Shown here: positions 61,093 through 64,000 of the stretch, piece by piece
Layout: each line of letters begins with the position of its first letter
How positions within the stretch are numbered: position 1 is the stretch's first letter
NCBI GenBank assembly: GCA_034926225.1
Contig: JAYFRF010000004.1
Coordinates: forward strand, 40,499 to 104,498
Source: Clostridiaceae bacterium
GTDB lineage: Bacteria > Bacillota > Clostridia > Oscillospirales > QAMX01
Length of the DNA stretch: 64,000 nt
Direction: 5' to 3'
Notes under the pieces: model-generated
The model's database searches: none
What the model was told of the DNA's origin: nothing
Seen by the model: the letters and a program-made list of their open reading frames with translations, nothing else
Program-made: the position numbers and the translations under genes

Positions 61093-63369
61093 TTAAAGTC
61101 TCGTATTGGCGACCGCGCCGATGTGGACGGAGCCGATACGATCCGCGCCGCCGATGGCGAGCATTTTGCCGTCCTTCGAGAGGGCGATACTCGTGAGGAC
61201 ATTCGACGCGGACGCGCAGTCCATGAAGTTGGGACTGTTGTAGTTTAAGTGACCGATCTGGGCGATGCCGTGATCGTCGTCGTAGGAGAAGACCATGCCC
61301 ATGTCCTCAACGTCGCCGGCGACGCCCCAGACCTTCGTCTTATCGGCGTTTGTGACCATGCAGCGGACAGGACCGTAGGGGGCGGCGTTGCCGAGGGAGA
61401 AGACGGAGCCGTCGGCACGGACGATACCGAGAAGGCCGTCCTGGGTACCGGCGATGAAACCGCCGTCCTGCCATTCGACGACGCAGGTGGGGTTCGATAG
61501 GTAGCGGCGGCCGGCGACCTCGGGAAGCTTTGTGCCTTCGGGGAGCTTTGCGCCGGACTGGAAATTGCCGGGCAGGAGGTTTTCGCCGAGCCAGGCGCGG
61601 CGTTCCGGGGAAACCTCGGCGTAGGGGAGGATGGAGCGGAGCTTATAAGTAAAGCAGGTCGGCGGAACGACGCCGTAATAACCGTTTTCACGGACGGGCG
61701 TGAAATCGCCGAGGATCCCGCGGATCACCCAGGTAGCGGGGTTTTGATCAACTTCGTCCAGAGTGCGTCCGAGAACCTCGAAGGGATTTTCGGCGATCTG
61801 GAAGTAGTACTGCGGATTACCGTTATCGCCACATAAGCCATGCAGAACACCGTCGTCGTCCCAGGCAAGGCCGATGCACTTCGACGCGGGGATATCGGTA
61901 TGCGGGACGGCGCGCCAGATGCGGATGGGGGTGATTTTATCCTCGGGGAACGCCTGGAAGGGGTTCTTGCCGGAGATTTCCTCGCCGGAATATTTGGCAA
62001 ACCCCGGTTTGTAGTTCTTTTTGGCCTCGGCGATCTGTTCGGGCGTGAAGGGAACGGCGCGGAAGGCGGGATCGTTCGAAATAGCGCCCTTTTTCGCCAT
62101 TTCCGGGCGGAATTTTGTAAGATCGATGGAGACGACGCCCAGAGTACGTTCGGTACCGTTATTCTTCTGCATGCCGCCGACGAGGTGGAGGATGTCACGA
62201 GTTTCGTCGTAGCAGACGCCGGTAGAGTAGGGCATGGCGAAGACGTTGTTGGAGACATACCCTAGGTTTTCGGGGCGCTTGTTGTGACGGATGTCCCAGC
62301 GCATGAGGTAGGAGGGGATCGTATACTTGCGGTAGTCGAACGGCGCGGGGTTGCCGAGGATGACGGGCATCACTTGATACCAGAGGGCGCCGTATTTATC
62401 GACAGCCAGTTCGTTGATGCAGAATTCGGTGTGACGGACGTTGTTGTGGTCGTCGTGCGTGAATTTATGTCCGATGGAACGCACCTTGAGGGTATTCGTA
62501 TCAAAGACATAGAAGTCGTCGGAGGTATAGGAGGTAAAGACGAATTCATGGTCGGAGATGTTGCGGGCATGCGCCATGTAGCGATACCAGGTGTTGTTGA
62601 AGGAATTGTTATAGTAGGCCGGATGCCGCCAGTTCATATCCTCGAGGACGACGCGGTCGACGTTGGCGCGCCAGAGGTAGCCGGACTTCGTCATGCCGTA
62701 GATATGTCCGTCGGGTCCGCGGTGGAGCCGATAACAGAAGACCTCGGCGGCCTTGCCTAGATCGACGACGGTGCGGTCGTCGATGGAGAAGCGGTAGACA
62801 TGGCCGCGCATGAAGCCGATCATGTAGAGACAGTTGTATTTCGAGTCATAGGTCATGCCGTAGATGGTCTCACGGGGAACGGGAAGTCCCCAGTTTTCCG
62901 TCTCACCGGTTTTGGGATCGTAGACGAGGATGTAGGAGCCGGGGAAACCCTCATGCGCGTGATGCATATGGGCAAAAGGCATCCATTCGGGATGATCCTT
63001 GGCCTTGGAGGTCGAGTGAGTCGTAGCAACGACGCGGCCGTCGGGGAGGAAGGTGATCGATTCGTGCAGCTTCGTATGCGGAAGCTGACGATCGCGTGCC
63101 AGCGTGTAATGCTGCGAGTTAAAGCAGATATAGCTCTTGTCCTGCGCGTAGTCGTAAGCTAAAAGAGAGGTCTGCGTCTCGCGGGTACCCTCGCACGCGG
63201 GAGCGGTATAGACGATGCCGTCCGGGGAGATGTTGACATCCCAAGTGCCGTGTACGTCCAGGCCGACGTCGAAAGTCGAGTAGCGGACGCCGGTATTCGC
63301 GATAGTACGGTAGGCTTCCTCAGGGATAATTCCTGAATAATCGAAGGCAAAAGTACGGTTCGCTGCCAT
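61093..63369 (-). CDS. Uncharacterised large beta-propeller protein (758 aa) with a His-rich N-terminal domain
   Basis: WD40/YVTN-like blade repeats (ISPDGIVY, FLPDGRVV, YDPKTG, GPDGHIYG, VDKYGALW, WDDDGVLHG, LSKDGKMLAIG); His clusters PHTKLHES, ATTHST, AHMHHAHEG; no signal peptide. Confidence 0.6.
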   Translation of the reverse strand: MAANRTFAFDYSGIIPEEAYRTIANTGVRYSTFDVGLDVHGTWDVNISPDGIVYTAPACEGTRETQTSLLAYDYAQDKSYICFNSQHYTLARDRQLPHTKLHESITFLPDGRVVATTHSTSKAKDHPEWMPFAHMHHAHEGFPGSYILVYDPKTGETENWGLPVPRETIYGMTYDSKYNCLYMIGFMRGHVYRFSIDDRTVVDLGKAAEVFCYRLHRGPDGHIYGMTKSGYLWRANVDRVVLEDMNWRHPAYYNNSFNNTWYRYMAHARNISDHEFVFTSYTSDDFYVFDTNTLKVRSIGHKFTHDDHNNVRHTEFCINELAVDKYGALWYQVMPVILGNPAPFDYRKYTIPSYLMRWDIRHNKRPENLGYVSNNVFAMPYSTGVCYDETRDILHLVGGMQKNNGTERTLGVVSIDLTKFRPEMAKKGAISNDPAFRAVPFTPEQIAEAKKNYKPGFAKYSGEEISGKNPFQAFPEDKITPIRIWRAVPHTDIPASKCIGLAWDDDGVLHGLCGDNGNPQYYFQIAENPFEVLGRTLDEVDQNPATWVIRGILGDFTPVRENGYYGVVPPTCFTYKLRSILPYAEVSPERRAWLGENLLPGNFQSGAKLPEGTKLPEVAGRRYLSNPTCVVEWQDGGFIAGTQDGLLGIVRADGSVFSLGNAAPYGPVRCMVTNADKTKVWGVAGDVEDMGMVFSYDDDHGIAQIGHLNYNSPNFMDCASASNVLTSIALSKDGKMLAIGGADRIGSVHIGAVANTRL

Positions 63370-63393
63370 AATCGTCAGGTCTCCTTTCGATAT

Positions 63394-63999
63394 TTAAAGC
63401 TTGAAGATATGTACGCAGCCGATACGGTCGGCGTTGCCGACGGCGAGGTACCTGCCGTCGGGGGAAAGGGTGCAGGCGGTTAGGATATGCGCGGCGGTGG
63501 GCCCGTCCATCCAGCCGTGGGAGTTGTAGCTGATGATGCCGAGCTGACGTAAGCCATTGCGGTCGTCGTAGGTGAAGACGGTGCCCATATCCTCATCGTC
63601 GCCGGCGGTGCCGTAGAGGACGGTATGGTCGGCGTTGGTGCAGAGGCAGCGAACGGGACCCAAGGGTGCTGCGTTGCCGAGGTTTTTGATGACGCCGTAC
63701 TTGGCAACGGCGAGCAGGCCGTCCTGCGTACCGATGATCTGGCGGTTGTCGGAGAAGTCGACGCAGGCTGTCGCGACGGCACGGAAGCGGCGTCCGGCGA
63801 CCTCGGGAAGCTTTAAGCCGGAATCCACGTCGAACGGACGGGGGAAGCTGTTTTCAGAAAGCCATTTATCGCGTCCGACGGTGATTTCATCGTAAGGGAT
63901 GAACTTATCGAGGCGGAAGGCGTAGGATTGCGGGGGGACGATCTCATAATGATCGCCGCAGTCGCGTTCAACAAGGTTTCCTTTCAGAATGGAGCGCCA
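63394..63999 (-). CDS. 3' part of a paralogue of the 758-aa beta-propeller, truncated by the window edge
   Basis: The frame of 63394..63828 is open to 63999. Shares VPP, LPEVAGRR, GTQDGLL, LGNAAP.GPVRC, TNAD.T, AGD.EDMG.VF.YDD, YNS...MD and ADRIG.VHI with 61093..63369. Confidence 0.7.
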   Translation of the reverse strand, partial: WRSILKGNLVERDCGDHYEIVPPQSYAFRLDKFIPYDEITVGRDKWLSENSFPRPFDVDSGLKLPEVAGRRFRAVATACVDFSDNRQIIGTQDGLLAVAKYGVIKNLGNAAPLGPVRCLCTNADHTVLYGTAGDDEDMGTVFTYDDRNGLRQLGIISYNSHGWMDGPTAAHILTACTLSPDGRYLAVGNADRIGCVHIFKL

Positions 64000-64000
64000 T

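Noticed and set aside
1-64000. CRISPR arrays, tRNA/rRNA genes, IS elements, prophage genes, programmed frameshifts or selenocysteine recoding
   Set aside because: No regularly spaced repeats, RNA-gene signatures, transposase/integrase motifs or interrupted conserved ORFs were seen by eye. A tRNAscan/Infernal run would be needed for formal exclusion.

Overview
A 64-kb chromosomal window from a fairly GC-rich (roughly 55-62% by eye) Gram-positive anaerobe, most likely Clostridia (Oscillospirales/Eubacteriales-like). This rests on sigma-A consensus promoters, AGGAGG ribosome-binding sites, SLH domains and Firmicute-type gene order. The centre (about 25.1-49.2 kb) is a mostly housekeeping minus-strand block: greA, lysS, two paralogous hypotheticals, TrmH, dprA, topA, trmFO, plsX, acpP, rnc, then DUF1385, prmC, recA, recX, rimO, pgsA, cysS, mfd, a phosphatase-GNAT fusion, a BNR protein and DUF1294. 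The flanks are accessory metabolism. The most striking locus (11.2-20.8 kb) encodes three soluble proteins of the cobalamin/[4Fe-4S] reductive-dehalogenase/QueG superfamily, built from 3, 2 and 1 modules (six in total). They lack Tat signals, an RdhB anchor and the QueG DYH motif, and sit with an aldose 1-epimerase, a sialidase-like beta-propeller, an AraC regulator and an IclR regulator whose promoter is bracketed by two copies of the palindrome TTCAAT-N3-ATTGAA. Other notable loci are an Lrp-linked operon joining a D-amino-acid transaminase, both halves of D-glutamate cyclase (DUF4392, DUF1445) and 5-oxoprolinase PxpBCA; an MBOAT/DHHW/DUF4358 O-acylation triad; a lone AT-rich GNAT gene; and tandem His-rich beta-propeller paralogues beside a second IclR at the right edge. 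I found no tRNA, rRNA, CRISPR array, transposase or integrase. All family assignments come from motif recognition by eye; no database search was run.
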